A stretch of DNA of 62,813 nucleotides, filler included, from Malassezia furfur (taxonomy: Eukaryota): NCBI GenBank assembly GCA_052055015.1. It is 33 parts of 33 records of this genome, joined end to end, with 100 filler letters (N's around TTAATTAATTAA, not from the genome) between each part and the next. Parts side by side here need not be neighbours in the genome. Positions count along the whole stretch, not along the records: positions 9,865 to 11,720 come from JBQJIT010001033.1; positions 11,821 to 13,676 come from JBQJIT010001034.1; positions 13,777 to 15,616 come from JBQJIT010001035.1; positions 15,717 to 17,550 come from JBQJIT010001036.1; positions 17,651 to 19,484 come from JBQJIT010001037.1; positions 19,585 to 21,407 come from JBQJIT010001039.1; 27 more parts are not named here. One strand, 5' to 3'. The notes under the pieces were generated by a model. It made no database searches. It saw only the letters and a list, made by a program, of their open reading frames with translations, and had not been told where the DNA came from. Positions 11,286 through 21,507 of this stretch are shown here, in pieces (position 1 is the first letter of the stretch; every line of letters begins with the position of its first letter). The position numbers and the translations under genes are program-made.

Positions 11286-11540
11286 TCCAGCCGCGTCGCC
11301 ATCGCTGCGTCCCCCACGCTGCGTCCCCCACGTTGCGTCCGCCTCGCCGCGTGCCTGTCGTATGCACCGCATGCGCCCCGCCGCGTGCATGCCGCCGTCG
11401 TTGGAGTCCCGGCGCGTATCACCACGCGCCGACCGTGCATACATGCACACACTCCCTCGGCGTGCCGCTCCCGTGTCGTCTCCATCTCGTGCCTGGCTCG
11501 TTCCTTCTACTTTACAGCAGGCGCCGCCCGCGGCCAGGTA

Positions 11541-11700
11541 TCAAATCACGCGTGCGCGGCTCGAGTTGGCGAGGCGCGACAAAAACGTCTTGGAGCGGCC
11601 GAGCGACGGCTTGCCGTCCTGCTCGGCATCACCCACGACCGCCGTGTAGTCCGCTGCGCCCGGCGTCGCATACAGCTCGCCCTTGGGCGGCGGCGCCGGG
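11541..11700 (-). CDS. 3' end of an unidentified protein
   Basis: PPPKGELYATPGAADYTAVVGDAEQDGKPSLGRSKTFLSRLANSSRARVI*, with coding-like codons and TGA at 11541-11543. Confidence 0.5.
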
Positions 11701-11960
11701 CCGCCCAAGGGCGAGCTGTANNNNNNNNNNNNNNNNNNNNNNNNNNNNNNNNNNNNNNNNNNNNTTAATTAATTAANNNNNNNNNNNNNNNNNNNNNNNN
11801 NNNNNNNNNNNNNNNNNNNNCCGCGCCGCGCCGCGCCGCACCCGCCTCGCCCGCGCCAGCGTCCGACCATCTCCAGCGGCGCCGGCCCGGCGCGCCCCCG
11901 ATCCCGATCCCGTCGCGTGGCCGCCCGCCGCTGGTGTGCCTCCACCGATTCTCGCTGGGG

Positions 11961-13184
11961 ATGCCCTTGCCCCGCGGGCGCGCACGATCGGGAGCTCGGA
12001 GCATGGCATGGACCTCGGCGCACGCATCCAAGGCTGCGCGTGCGCATGGCGCGCACGAACCGGCGGCGCGCGGGGCGCGCGCGTCCCCGCCGGCGCCCCT
12101 GCTCGTCGTGCTTGACCTGAACGGCACGCTCGTGTACCGCCGCAAGAACAGCTCGGGGCGCGCGGTCCAGGGCGCAAAGATCACCCCGCGGCCGTACCTC
12201 GGCAACTTTCTGCGGTACTGCCTCGGGCCGATGTACGACCTCAACGAGCGGCAGCTGCGCGACGCATGGCCGGAATCGGAGCGCGTGCTGGTCGGACGCA
12301 ACGTCGCGCCGCACGGCACGCAGTTCTGGCTCCGGAACGAGGCCAACACCGGCGTGTACGAGCCGCCGCGCACGCCCGTCGCCCTGATGGTGTGGTCGAG
12401 CGCGACGGAGGCGAACGTCGACCGCATGCTCGAGCAGTTTACCGAGACGCGCGTCCAGCGCGCGCTCTTCCAGCGCGTGTGGTCGCGCGCGACGCTCGTG
12501 CGCCCGCAGGACATGGAGCGCAAAGTGGGCACGGTCAAGGACCTGAGCATCGTCTGGGACGACCTGAACCACTGGCGGGCGCACGTCGGCGCCCAGACGC
12601 ACGTCCAGCGGCACATGCCGTTCCCGGTGCGTGCGCTGGCGTCGCAGCGCATCGTCGAGTACCACCGCGCGGTGCAGGCCGCGCACAGGGCCGCACACGA
12701 CGCATGGGCCGCGGCGCAGGCGAAGCAGCCGACGCCGCGGCCGCGGCGGCGCATCGTGCCGTACGCCGACGAGCTGTACGACGAGTCGGTGCAGCGCACC
12801 GCGCACGACGGGCACGACTCGGTGTACGGGCCGCTCCTGCACGCCCCATGGGGGCCGCACAATACCCTGCTGCTCGACGACAGCGGCGACAAGGCGCGGT
12901 GCCAGCCCGAGAACCACGTGCAGATCCACGAGTACGAGCGCGCGAGCGCCAACGCCTTCCGCGACACGCACGCAGCGGACGGCGAGGGCGCGGACGACGA
13001 CTACCTGCTACGGTGCATCGGCATGCTCGATGCGATGCGCGACGTGCCGGACGTCGCGGCGTGGCTCGGCACGGACGACCGCCGCCGGCTGCTGCTTGAC
13101 GACCAGCCCGAGGCGGTGCGCACCCACTGGTGCGAGCGCGGCCGCGCGGCGCTCGCGCGCCTCCAGATTCCGATAGAGCCGTAG
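11961..13184 (+). CDS. NIF/FCP1-like HAD-superfamily protein
   Basis: LLVVLDLNGTLVYR, RPYLGNFLRY, VWSSA, VKDLSIVW, NTLLLDDSGDKA..QPENHVQIHEY. The start codon is uncertain (11961, 12003 or 12008). Confidence 0.85.
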   Translation: MPLPRGRARSGARSMAWTSAHASKAARAHGAHEPAARGARASPPAPLLVVLDLNGTLVYRRKNSSGRAVQGAKITPRPYLGNFLRYCLGPMYDLNERQLRDAWPESERVLVGRNVAPHGTQFWLRNEANTGVYEPPRTPVALMVWSSATEANVDRMLEQFTETRVQRALFQRVWSRATLVRPQDMERKVGTVKDLSIVWDDLNHWRAHVGAQTHVQRHMPFPVRALASQRIVEYHRAVQAAHRAAHDAWAAAQAKQPTPRPRRRIVPYADELYDESVQRTAHDGHDSVYGPLLHAPWGPHNTLLLDDSGDKARCQPENHVQIHEYERASANAFRDTHAADGEGADDDYLLRCIGMLDAMRDVPDVAAWLGTDDRRRLLLDDQPEAVRTHWCERGRAALARLQIPIEP

Positions 13185-13407
13185 GTGCCGGTGCCGGTGC
13201 CGGTGCCGCTGTAGGTGCTGCCCAGCCGGTGCTGCTGCCGCCGCCGCTGCTGCCGCCGGGGGGCGCACCGCCCATCGGCCGACGGCGGGATGCCACGTGG
13301 GATATCGGTGGGGGCCAGCGCGCGTGGAGCGCCGCGAACGCCGTTGGGGTGTGGCACCGCCGTCGAATTTCTGCGTCCCCGCTCGTGCACGCACGAGCCT
13401 GTCTGCG

Positions 13408-13676
13408 ATGCCCGACCCTGCCGCGTCCGACGGCGCGCCCCACGTGCCGTCGATGCGCGAGCATGTCGAACGTGCGAACCGCATCGCGTCGTCCCAGGAG
13501 CAGCTCCTGCACGCCCAGCTGCAGCAGCTCGGCCTCGACACGGGCGACGACGCGTCGCTCGAGCCGACGCCCGACGCCCTGCTGCCCCCGCCACACGTCG
13601 ACGAGCCGGGCGCCTGGGGCGCGCCCTCGTGGGGCCCCGCGAGCCTCGCGGGCGCCTGGGCTTGCGGCGGCGTGTG
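13408..13676 (+). CDS. 5' end of an unidentified protein
   Basis: MPDPAASDGAPHVPSMREHVERANRIASSQEQLLHAQLQQLGL... open to the contig end. Confidence 0.5.
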
Positions 13677-13776
13677 NNNNNNNNNNNNNNNNNNNNNNNN
13701 NNNNNNNNNNNNNNNNNNNNTTAATTAATTAANNNNNNNNNNNNNNNNNNNNNNNNNNNNNNNNNNNNNNNNNNNN

Positions 13777-15616
13777 GCACGCACCCACGCGACGAGGCGC
13801 GGCACGGCGAGCGGCGTGTGCGGCGCATCGACGAGCGGGCCCGCACACAGCGCGGCCATCGCGCGCTCGGCGTGCGCGGCGAGCAGGTGGAGCTCGTGGC
13901 GCTGCTGCACAATCACGCGCTCCTTTTGGCGCGCGTCGGCGCACTGCTCGGCGGCGGCCGAGAGCTGCGCGGCGAGGCGCTGCGCGTCCTGCACGCTGTG
14001 CCAGTCGTCGAGCAGCGTAAACAGCTCGACGCGCAGCGCGCTCGGCAGGTAGTGCGGCGCGTCCGCGCCGAGCGCGCCGTAGTAGTGCCCCACGGTCGCG
14101 GCAAAGTAGCGCCGCAGCGCACACAGCTCCACGGTCGGCAGCCCCGCGCGTGCCTGCAAAAAGGTGAGCGTGTCCTGCACCCATGCGCCCACGAGCCGCG
14201 CGGCACGCGCGTCCACCGCGGCCGGCGGCATGCGCGGCGCAGTGAGGTACACCACCCGCGCGGTCTGCACGCGCGCGGGCGTCAGCCACGTCTCTTCGTG
14301 CACCGGGAGCGCCGCGGCCTGCAGCGCGGCGAGCAGCGCAACGTACACGGGCGGCTGCGTGTACCCGAGCGCGTGCGCCGCGGCGTCGCGCAGCTCCGCG
14401 TCCTCCGCGCCGAGGTACGGCACCAGCAGCGGCACGACGTCGGCGCGCGGCACGTCGGGCGTATCGAGCGCGGTCGCCACACACAGCGCCGCGGTGTAGG
14501 TGCGCCAGCACCGGCGCGCAAACGGCGTCGCGTGCGCGCGCGTGCGCGACGAGCCCAGCACGGCATCGAGCGCCTTGACGCGCGCCAGCACGTGCAGGTA
14601 GAACGCGGTGGCGCTCGCGGGCATGCGCGCGGCAAACGCCTCGAGCAGCGCGGGGAGCGCGTGCTGCCACAGCGCCTGGCTCGCGGTGTCGCTCGCGGCG
14701 CACAGCGCGCTGAGCGGCGCGGCCGCGTCCCACCGCGCAACGCGCGCGCGCTGCGACGCGGACAGCTCGGGGTGCTCGGGCGCAAGGAAGGCGCCGCGCG
14801 CGCCCTCGAGCAGGTGCACGATGCGGCGCGGCGCCGCGGGCAGCGGGCGCGGCGCGCCCTCGTCGTGGAGCACGGCGAGCAGGCGGAGCACGGTGAGCGC
14901 CTGCTGCCGGAGCGCGACCGACGGCGCGCATAGCAGGTACACGGCGCACCCCTCGATCTCGTCGAGCGTGTCGAGCGCGGGGTCCGGCGCGTCGTCGTAG
15001 CGCCGCTGCATCCACCACACGTCGAGCAGGTCGATGAACAGGCCGACCGTCTGCGTGAGCTTCGGCAGGAGCGTCTCGGCGTGCGGGACGAGCTCCCAGA
15101 CAAAGCCGTCCTGGCGGATCGCCCAGCGCAGGTACGCGCGCACGACGCTGTGCGCGCGCTCGTTGCTCTGCCGCGCGATGCGCAGCAGCGCCGCGGCGGA
15201 CGCGCGCTGCAGCGCGGGCTCCGCGCTGTACTGCGCGCGGAAGAGCGTCGTGAGCATCGTCGGCAGCGCGAGCGCCGGCGACGCACACAGCGGCCACGCG
15301 TCGAAGCACGCGCGCAGCAAATCGAGGTACGCCTGCTGCTCGCGCGCATACACCACCGTAAACGCGCCGTGCACGTGCGTGCGCACCACAAACTGCTCGC
15401 GGTCCAGCGCGGAGCGGTCGCCGGGCACGCTCGGCAGCGCCGTCCCGCGCGCCACATGCGTGCGCGTGTCAAACACGCTCGTGTCCTTCACCTGGTAGTC
15501 GGCAATCAGCGCGATCTGGCCCATCACCTCGAAGAACGCCGCGTACGCCGCGCCGACCGCCGCGCTGGGGTACGCCGGCGCGGCGCCCGCGTCGAGCCGC
15601 ACGTCGCGCGCCGCGG
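13777..15616 (-). CDS. TAO3: Tao3/Mor2/Furry cell morphogenesis scaffold (internal fragment)
   Basis: HEAT-like helical protein with LFIDLLDVWW...LDEIEGCAVYLLCAPSVALRQQALTVLRLL and AERAMAALCAGP, typical of the MOR2-PAG1 N region. Confidence 0.75.
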
Positions 15617-15736
15617 NNNNNNNNNNNNNNNNNNNNNNNNNNNNNNNNNNNNNNNNNNNNTTAATTAATTAANNNNNNNNNNNNNNNNNNNNNNNNNNNN
15701 NNNNNNNNNNNNNNNNGCTTCTTCCCATCCCCCGCA

Positions 15737-17303
15737 ATGGCGGAGACCGCGGGCCGAGGCACGCCCGCGTCGGCGCGCGCGAGCGTCGCGGCCGACGAGC
15801 TCGGCGATACGCGTGCGATCAAGGCGCGGCTGCTGTCCGTGCTCGGCGACCATGCGACCGATTACTGGGCGGCGCTCGGCGATTTCTGTACCGCGGCGAT
15901 CGACCGTGCGGAGTTTGCCGCACGCGTGGAGCCATGGCTGCCCGACGAGTATGGTGGGTGCAGGCGTCCGCGCATCAGCGACTAACGCAGTTCCCCTGCA
16001 CAATGCGCTTGTACTGAGCATGCTCGCGGCTGCGAGCGCGCCGCCACGGCACGCGGGACGCGGCGCGCCCGGCACGACCGCGGCGCCCACCTCGCCGATC
16101 CGCGTGCGCGACGCATCGCTGCTCGACACGGACGCAGACGAGGACCTCGAGCATGAGCCGCCCGTGAACGGCATCGACACGCGGAGCAGCAAGCGCCTGC
16201 GGCACATGTACGCGGGCCTGACGCAGCGCGAGCGCGCGCGGCTGCAGCAGCTGCCGACCGGCAGCCAGAGCGGTGTGCACACCGCGGCGACTGTGTGGGC
16301 CGGCGCCGGCGCCGAACTGCTCGAGAAGAAACGCAAGGAGGACGAGAAGCGCAAAGCCGTCGAGGAGCGGCGCCGCACGCGCGAGGCCAAGTCGGCGATC
16401 GGCGCCGTGTCCTGGCGGGCGCATGCGGTGCAAAGCGCCGTGCAGACCGACGCGATCCGCGCACGTCTCTCCAACACGATGCAGGAAACGTTTGCACGTG
16501 GCGTCATGGTGCCCCACTGCGTCGAGATGCACGAGCTGCCCGACGTACATACCCTACAGGACCGCATGACATTCACCGCCGTCGAGGCCGGCCTCGCCGA
16601 GGGCGTGCATGTGCAGGCCGCGGCGGTGGTGCTTGCCGCGCTCGAGGACCACCTGCGCAACATTATCAGCAGCGCGCTCGCGCGCGTTCGCGGCCCATCG
16701 CGCGGCGATGCGCATGCATCGACATTTGGGCGCCTCAAGATGCCCGACATGGCTGCGCTGCTCGACCTGTCGCCGCACGTCGTGGTCGAGCCGCTGGGAC
16801 AGGGCGCGCTGGAGCGCCTGCTCACGCCGGACCTCGACGACTCTGTGGCGCCGACCTCCTCGGGCCCTGCAGCAGAGTCGTGGGCGCCCGAAGAGGCGCT
16901 CGCACGGTATGCCCAGGCATGTGCCACGGCCAAACTCGCCGACTCGGCCGCCGCGACGCCGCCCACCGACCCCAGTGCAGACGCGGCGATGCGTATGCGG
17001 CAGCAGCTGCAGAACCAGCGCGACTCGGTGCGCAATCGCGTGCTGTTGGACCAGCTCGCGCCGCTGCGCATGCTCGACCGGCCGGCCATCGCCGAGGCAA
17101 TGGCGCACCACGAGGATCTTGCGGTGGAGGTGCGCCGGCCGCACCCCAGCACCGCGCTTGGCCAGGCGCTCGCACAGCACTACCAGTCTGGCACGCATCA
17201 CCACCACCACCACCACGCGCACCCGAACCCGACACACCGGCACAAGGACGAGTTCTTTGATGTGGTCGACCCGGCCGCCCTGCTCGGCCAGTTGTGTGAA
17301 TAG
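15737..17303 (+). CDS. HFI1: SAGA subunit Ada1/Tada1; 37-nt intron at 15954-15990
   Basis: IKARLLSVLGDHATDYWAALGDFCTAAIDRAEF...EY|VPLHNALVLSML and histone-fold CVEMHELPDVHTLQDRM...EAGL...ALEDHLRNII. Intron GTGGGT...CTAACGCAG joins the frames. Confidence 0.85.
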
Positions 17304-17325
17304 AGTTTCCAGGGGTTGATGTACA

Positions 17326-17550
17326 CTATGTAGGGCCTGCACCCGTATCAAGCACCTGCCATCGCGCACGCAGACCCTCGAGCCACCGGTCGTACAGCAG
17401 GCCCGCGAGTCGCGACGCGCCCGCCGGCGGCCGCGTCGGCATGCGCGGCGCACACAGCAGGTCCACAAACTGCTCCAAGTACTCGGGGTTCTGGCGCCCC
17501 ATGTGGCTCAGCAGGCCGTGCAGCTGGTACAGCTGCGTCGTCGGCGTATC
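17326..17550 (-). CDS. 3' end of an unidentified protein
   Basis: DTPTTQLYQLHGLLSHMGRQNPEYLEQFVDLL...WQVLDTGAGPT*, converging on ADA1. Confidence 0.55.
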   Translation of the reverse strand, partial: DTPTTQLYQLHGLLSHMGRQNPEYLEQFVDLLCAPRMPTRPPAGASRLAGLLYDRWLEGLRARWQVLDTGAGPT

Positions 17551-17650
17551 NNNNNNNNNNNNNNNNNNNNNNNNNNNNNNNNNNNNNNNNNNNNTTAATT
17601 AATTAANNNNNNNNNNNNNNNNNNNNNNNNNNNNNNNNNNNNNNNNNNNN

Positions 17651-19327
17651 ACAGACGAGCGCCGCGTGCGCCTCGGCGGCGCTCGTCTGTGCGTCAAACG
17701 CGGTGCGTGCGTGCGCGCGGAAGGCGTCGCTGTGCCACGCGCCCAGCGCCGCGAGATCCGCGGCGGCGTCGGTGCGCAGCAGCGCACACACCGGGCGCAC
17801 GACGTCGTGCACCTCGCCCTGGGCCCACGCCTCGAGGAACGCGTCGCAGGCCGTCGGGCGCGCGAGGCGCACGTTCGTAAAGTAGTACAGCGCCGCGCGC
17901 GCTTCGTCGTCGAGCGAGCGGTAGACGTACACGAGCCGCGCCGCGTACGGCTCCGGCTCGTCGTTCGGCACGAGGTACGTGTCGAGCGTGTGCGCCACGC
18001 TGTGCACCACGTCGCCGGTGCCCGCCAGCGCACACGGGAGCACCGCGCGCGGGATCCACGAAAAGTGCTCGGTCGCCCCAGGGTCGCGGCGCAGCTCCGG
18101 GTACGCGAGGGCATAGGCGTGGCCGACGGCCTCCAGCGCCGCCTCGCGCACCGCGGCGCGCTTGTCCTTGCCGCGCTGCGCGAGCTGCTCGAGGACGACG
18201 CGGGGGACGTGGTGCCGCAGCGTTTCGTAGTCGAGCGCGTGTGCGCCGCGCGCCAGCGCAAGGCGCACGCGCTCCTCCGGGTCGTTCGCGCGCCGGCCGA
18301 GCGTCTCGCCGAGCTCGGCGGCAAGCGACGCATGGTGCGCCACGACGGCCCATGCGCCGTCCACCCAGTCGGCACGCACGCCCGCGTGGCGGTCGACGGC
18401 GCGCCCCTTCCACGCGCGCCACGCGCTCGCGTACTGCGCCGCAAACGACGCGCGGTCGAGCGCAAAGAGCGACGCCAACACGCGCGTCGCGAGCTGGCGC
18501 ACCTCGGCGTCGTCCGACGCGAGCTCGGCCTCGAGCTGCGGCACGACGCTCGTCAGCAGCGACGGGACGCTTGCGGCGATGCGCACGACGCGCGCGTGCA
18601 CCGCCGTGCGCGCGCCGCGCTGCGCCGCGCCGCGGATCGACGCCGAGAGCGCCTGCGCTACGTGCTTCTGGAGACGGTCCTCGGTCGCGCGGCACACCGC
18701 GACCGCGATGCGGTGCTGCGCAGGGGGCGCATCGTCGTCAAACGCGCTCAGGAGCGTATCGATGGCCGCGCGCGGGAGCGACGCGCTTTCCTCGACGAGC
18801 TGCACGAGCACATCGACGACGTACAGCTCGACGTTCGTGGCGAGCTCGTGGGCCCCCAGCGCCATGAGCTGCGCAAAGTACGACGCGATGAGCTTCGAGG
18901 CGCCGTGCACGTCGCACACGAGCGCCACGCTCTTGACCGTGCTCAGGCTCTGCAGCACATACACCTTGTCCGCGTACAGCTCCGCGTCGCGGTCCGCGAG
19001 GCTGCTGCCCGGCTCGGTGAGCTGCGCGAGGAACTGCGCAAAGATCTGCGCGATCTCCGCCTCGGAGAACGGCGCGTTCGGCGCGTACAGGCGGAGCATG
19101 TCCGACAGACAGCACGCGACGCTCGCACGTACGGCGCCGCGGGGGTGCTGCAGGAACTCGCTCTTCTTGAGCACGTCGCAGTACGGATCGAGGTGTTTGG
19201 TATCAAGGGTGTCTTGCTCGGTCGCCGCCAGCTCGCGCCGCAGCGCCTGGACGCGCTCCAGCACGGTGTCCGGCGCGTCCTTCGCGCTGAGCCGCCCGCG
19301 GAAGCGCAACGCCCGCTCACGCGCCAT
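17651..19327 (-). CDS. PDS5: Cohesin-associated protein Pds5 (3' truncated)
   Basis: VACCLSDMLRLYAPNAPFSEAEI, YVLQSLSTVKSVALV, VVPQLEAEL, DPEERVRL, RGKDKRAAVR, FSWIP. Confidence 0.95.
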
Positions 19328-19363
19328 GGTAGAGCGCGTGCGCGTCGCGTCCTCGCACGTGAT

Positions 19364-19483
19364 CTATGGTCTGTGCTCCGCGGCGCTCGTGTGGAGGGAC
19401 CAGAGCTTGGCGAGGTGGTCGGGCGCGTGGCTCGCGCGGGTGTACGCGTGCGTGCCGCTCGAGGCCGTCGCGGCGTACCTCGG
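19364..19483 (-). CDS. Possible 3' end of the gene upstream of PDS5
   Basis: PRYAATASSGTHAYTRASHAPDHLAKLWSLHTSAAEHRP*, open from the contig edge. Confidence 0.4.
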   Translation of the reverse strand, partial: PRYAATASSGTHAYTRASHAPDHLAKLWSLHTSAAEHRP

Positions 19484-19584
19484 GNNNNNNNNNNNNNNNN
19501 NNNNNNNNNNNNNNNNNNNNNNNNNNNNTTAATTAATTAANNNNNNNNNNNNNNNNNNNNNNNNNNNNNNNNNNNNNNNNNNNN

Positions 19585-20457
19585 GGCGCCGCGGCCGAGG
19601 ACGCGGTCCTGGCGGCGGCGGCGGCGCACGTCGAGCGCAGTGCCGACGCCGACAGCATTGCGGCGCTGGGTGCGTGGCATGCGCACGCGCCGACCGAGCG
19701 CACGCCGCGGTTCTGCTCGCACGACGCTTTGCGCCGCGCGCTCCCGGCGGTGTACAGCGCGGCGCACCTGCGCGGCGACGCGCAGGCGCACGCGCTCTGG
19801 ACGTCGGTCGCCGCCGCGGCGCCGGATGTGGAGGTGTATGCGGCGGACGCCCTGCGCGCCGCGCTGCTCGACGGCACCGCGGCGCCGGCCGCGGTGCTTG
19901 CCGCGGCACGCACGCTGCGCAGCACGGGCGAGGAGGACGCGGTGCTGCGTGTGTTGCCCGATGCGTCGCAGCTCGACGCGGCGCTGCTCGTCGCTGCGGC
20001 GCCCGTGCCGCCGGTGCTGCGCATCGTCGATCCGCTGGTGCCGCTCGCGCCCGCGGACGGCGACGAGGCCGAGTGGCACAGCCTCGCACGCATCGCGCAT
20101 GCCTACGTCGCGGCGCTCGAGGCCGAGGGCGCGCTCGCAGCGCACGCCGCCAAGGCGCTGCCGCTGCTGACCTACGCGGCGCTCGGCTTGGAGGACGCGC
20201 TGTGGCTCGACGACGCCGCGCGCGTCCACGTGCTGTGTGGCGCGCCCGACGACGACGACGCGCCGCTCGGCGCCGACGTGCCGATGCACGACGTGCGTGG
20301 CGACGCACGGCCGCCGCGCGTGCGGCCCGCCGACGACGCGGTGGCGCCCGAGCCGCGCACGCTGCGCTTCGACCCGGACCACCGCCTCGTGTCCTATGCG
20401 GCGTCCGAGGCGCCGCCGCGCGCCGAGCCGACGCGCAAGCGGCCGCGGCATCACTAG
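19585..20457 (+). CDS. 3' part of an unidentified helical protein
   Basis: Frame open from the contig start with Ala/Leu-rich coding-like codons. It ends in a basic NLS-like RKRPRHH*. Confidence 0.6.
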   Translation, partial: GAAAEDAVLAAAAAHVERSADADSIAALGAWHAHAPTERTPRFCSHDALRRALPAVYSAAHLRGDAQAHALWTSVAAAAPDVEVYAADALRAALLDGTAAPAAVLAAARTLRSTGEEDAVLRVLPDASQLDAALLVAAAPVPPVLRIVDPLVPLAPADGDEAEWHSLARIAHAYVAALEAEGALAAHAAKALPLLTYAALGLEDALWLDDAARVHVLCGAPDDDDAPLGADVPMHDVRGDARPPRVRPADDAVAPEPRTLRFDPDHRLVSYAASEAPPRAEPTRKRPRHH

Positions 20458-20506
20458 CGTGGGCAGGTCATTGCGAAGCTACGGAGAAAAAAAAAACCGA
20501 ACGTGT

Positions 20507-21187
20507 CTAGTTCTTGGCGAGCGCCTCCTTGAGACGCTTCTCGGCCTCCTCAAAGTTGATCACGGTCCAGATCGCCTTGAAGTAGTCGGCCTTGACGTTC
20601 TTGTACTGCAGGTAGTACGCGTGCTCCCACGCATCGATGCCAATCAGCGGCTTGTGCGACAGGAGCGGGTCCTGGTTCGCGGTCGTGATGATGTCGAGCT
20701 TCTGCGTCGTGGGGTTCAGGCCGAGCCAGCCCCAGCCGCTGCCCTGGATGCCCGCGAGCGCCGCGTTGAACTTCTCCTTCATGGCGTCGACCGAGCCAAA
20801 GTCGCGGTCGATCGCGGAGCGCAGCTCGCCCGAGTCGAGCTCGCCGCCGCCCTTGTTCGTCGGCGCGAGGTTCTTCCAGAAGAGCGAGTGGTTGATGTGG
20901 CCACCGCCGTTGAACTTGATCGCGTTCAGCTGCGCAATCTCGCCGAGCGGGCTCTGCTGCGGGAGCGCGTCGATCAGCTTGTCCTCCGCGGCGTTCAGGT
21001 TGTTGACGTAGGTGCGGTGGTGCTTCTCGTAGTGCGTCTCCATGATCTCGCCCGAGATCGCCGGCTCGAGCGCGCCGTAGTCGTACGGCAGCGGCGGCAG
21101 CGTGTACTTGGTGCGCACACCCATCTGGGCGGCGTTCGCGAGGGGGGCGGCAGCAGCGCGGCGCGTAGCAAGCGTGAACATCGTCAT
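20507..21187 (-). CDS. SOD2: Mitochondrial Mn superoxide dismutase
   Basis: Presequence [12 protein letters not shown], then [60 protein letters not shown] at 21187 or 21181. Confidence 0.98.
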   Translation of the reverse strand: MTMFTLATRRAAAAPLANAAQMGVRTKYTLPPLPYDYGALEPAISGEIMETHYEKHHRTYVNNLNAAEDKLIDALPQQSPLGEIAQLNAIKFNGGGHINHSLFWKNLAPTNKGGGELDSGELRSAIDRDFGSVDAMKEKFNAALAGIQGSGWGWLGLNPTTQKLDIITTANQDPLLSHKPLIGIDAWEHAYYLQYKNVKADYFKAIWTVINFEEAEKRLKEALAKN

Positions 21188-21507
21188 GGTGAAAGGCAAG
21201 GCGTCCCGTGCGGAACCCAGGGCCGTTTTATCGGGCCCCGGCGGTCCGAGCGCCAGGGTCCGTCGATGCCCGCTTAGGTCAGCGCACGTCACCGATCGCC
21301 CCCCCCGCCGCGCGATCGATCGCCGATTCGCTCGTCTTCGATGAGCGCCCTAGCGCCGCGGCCGCCGGCGCTCGTGCCGCCGAGCGCCGCGCGCACGCAC
21401 GCGCGCANNNNNNNNNNNNNNNNNNNNNNNNNNNNNNNNNNNNNNNNNNNNTTAATTAATTAANNNNNNNNNNNNNNNNNNNNNNNNNNNNNNNNNNNNN
21501 NNNNNNN

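Noticed and set aside
11671..11720. Perfect 21-bp inverted repeat with an 8-nt loop, resembling a terminator or MITE end
   Set aside because: The right arm ends exactly at the contig edge and mirrors coding sequence, typical of a fold-back assembly artefact.
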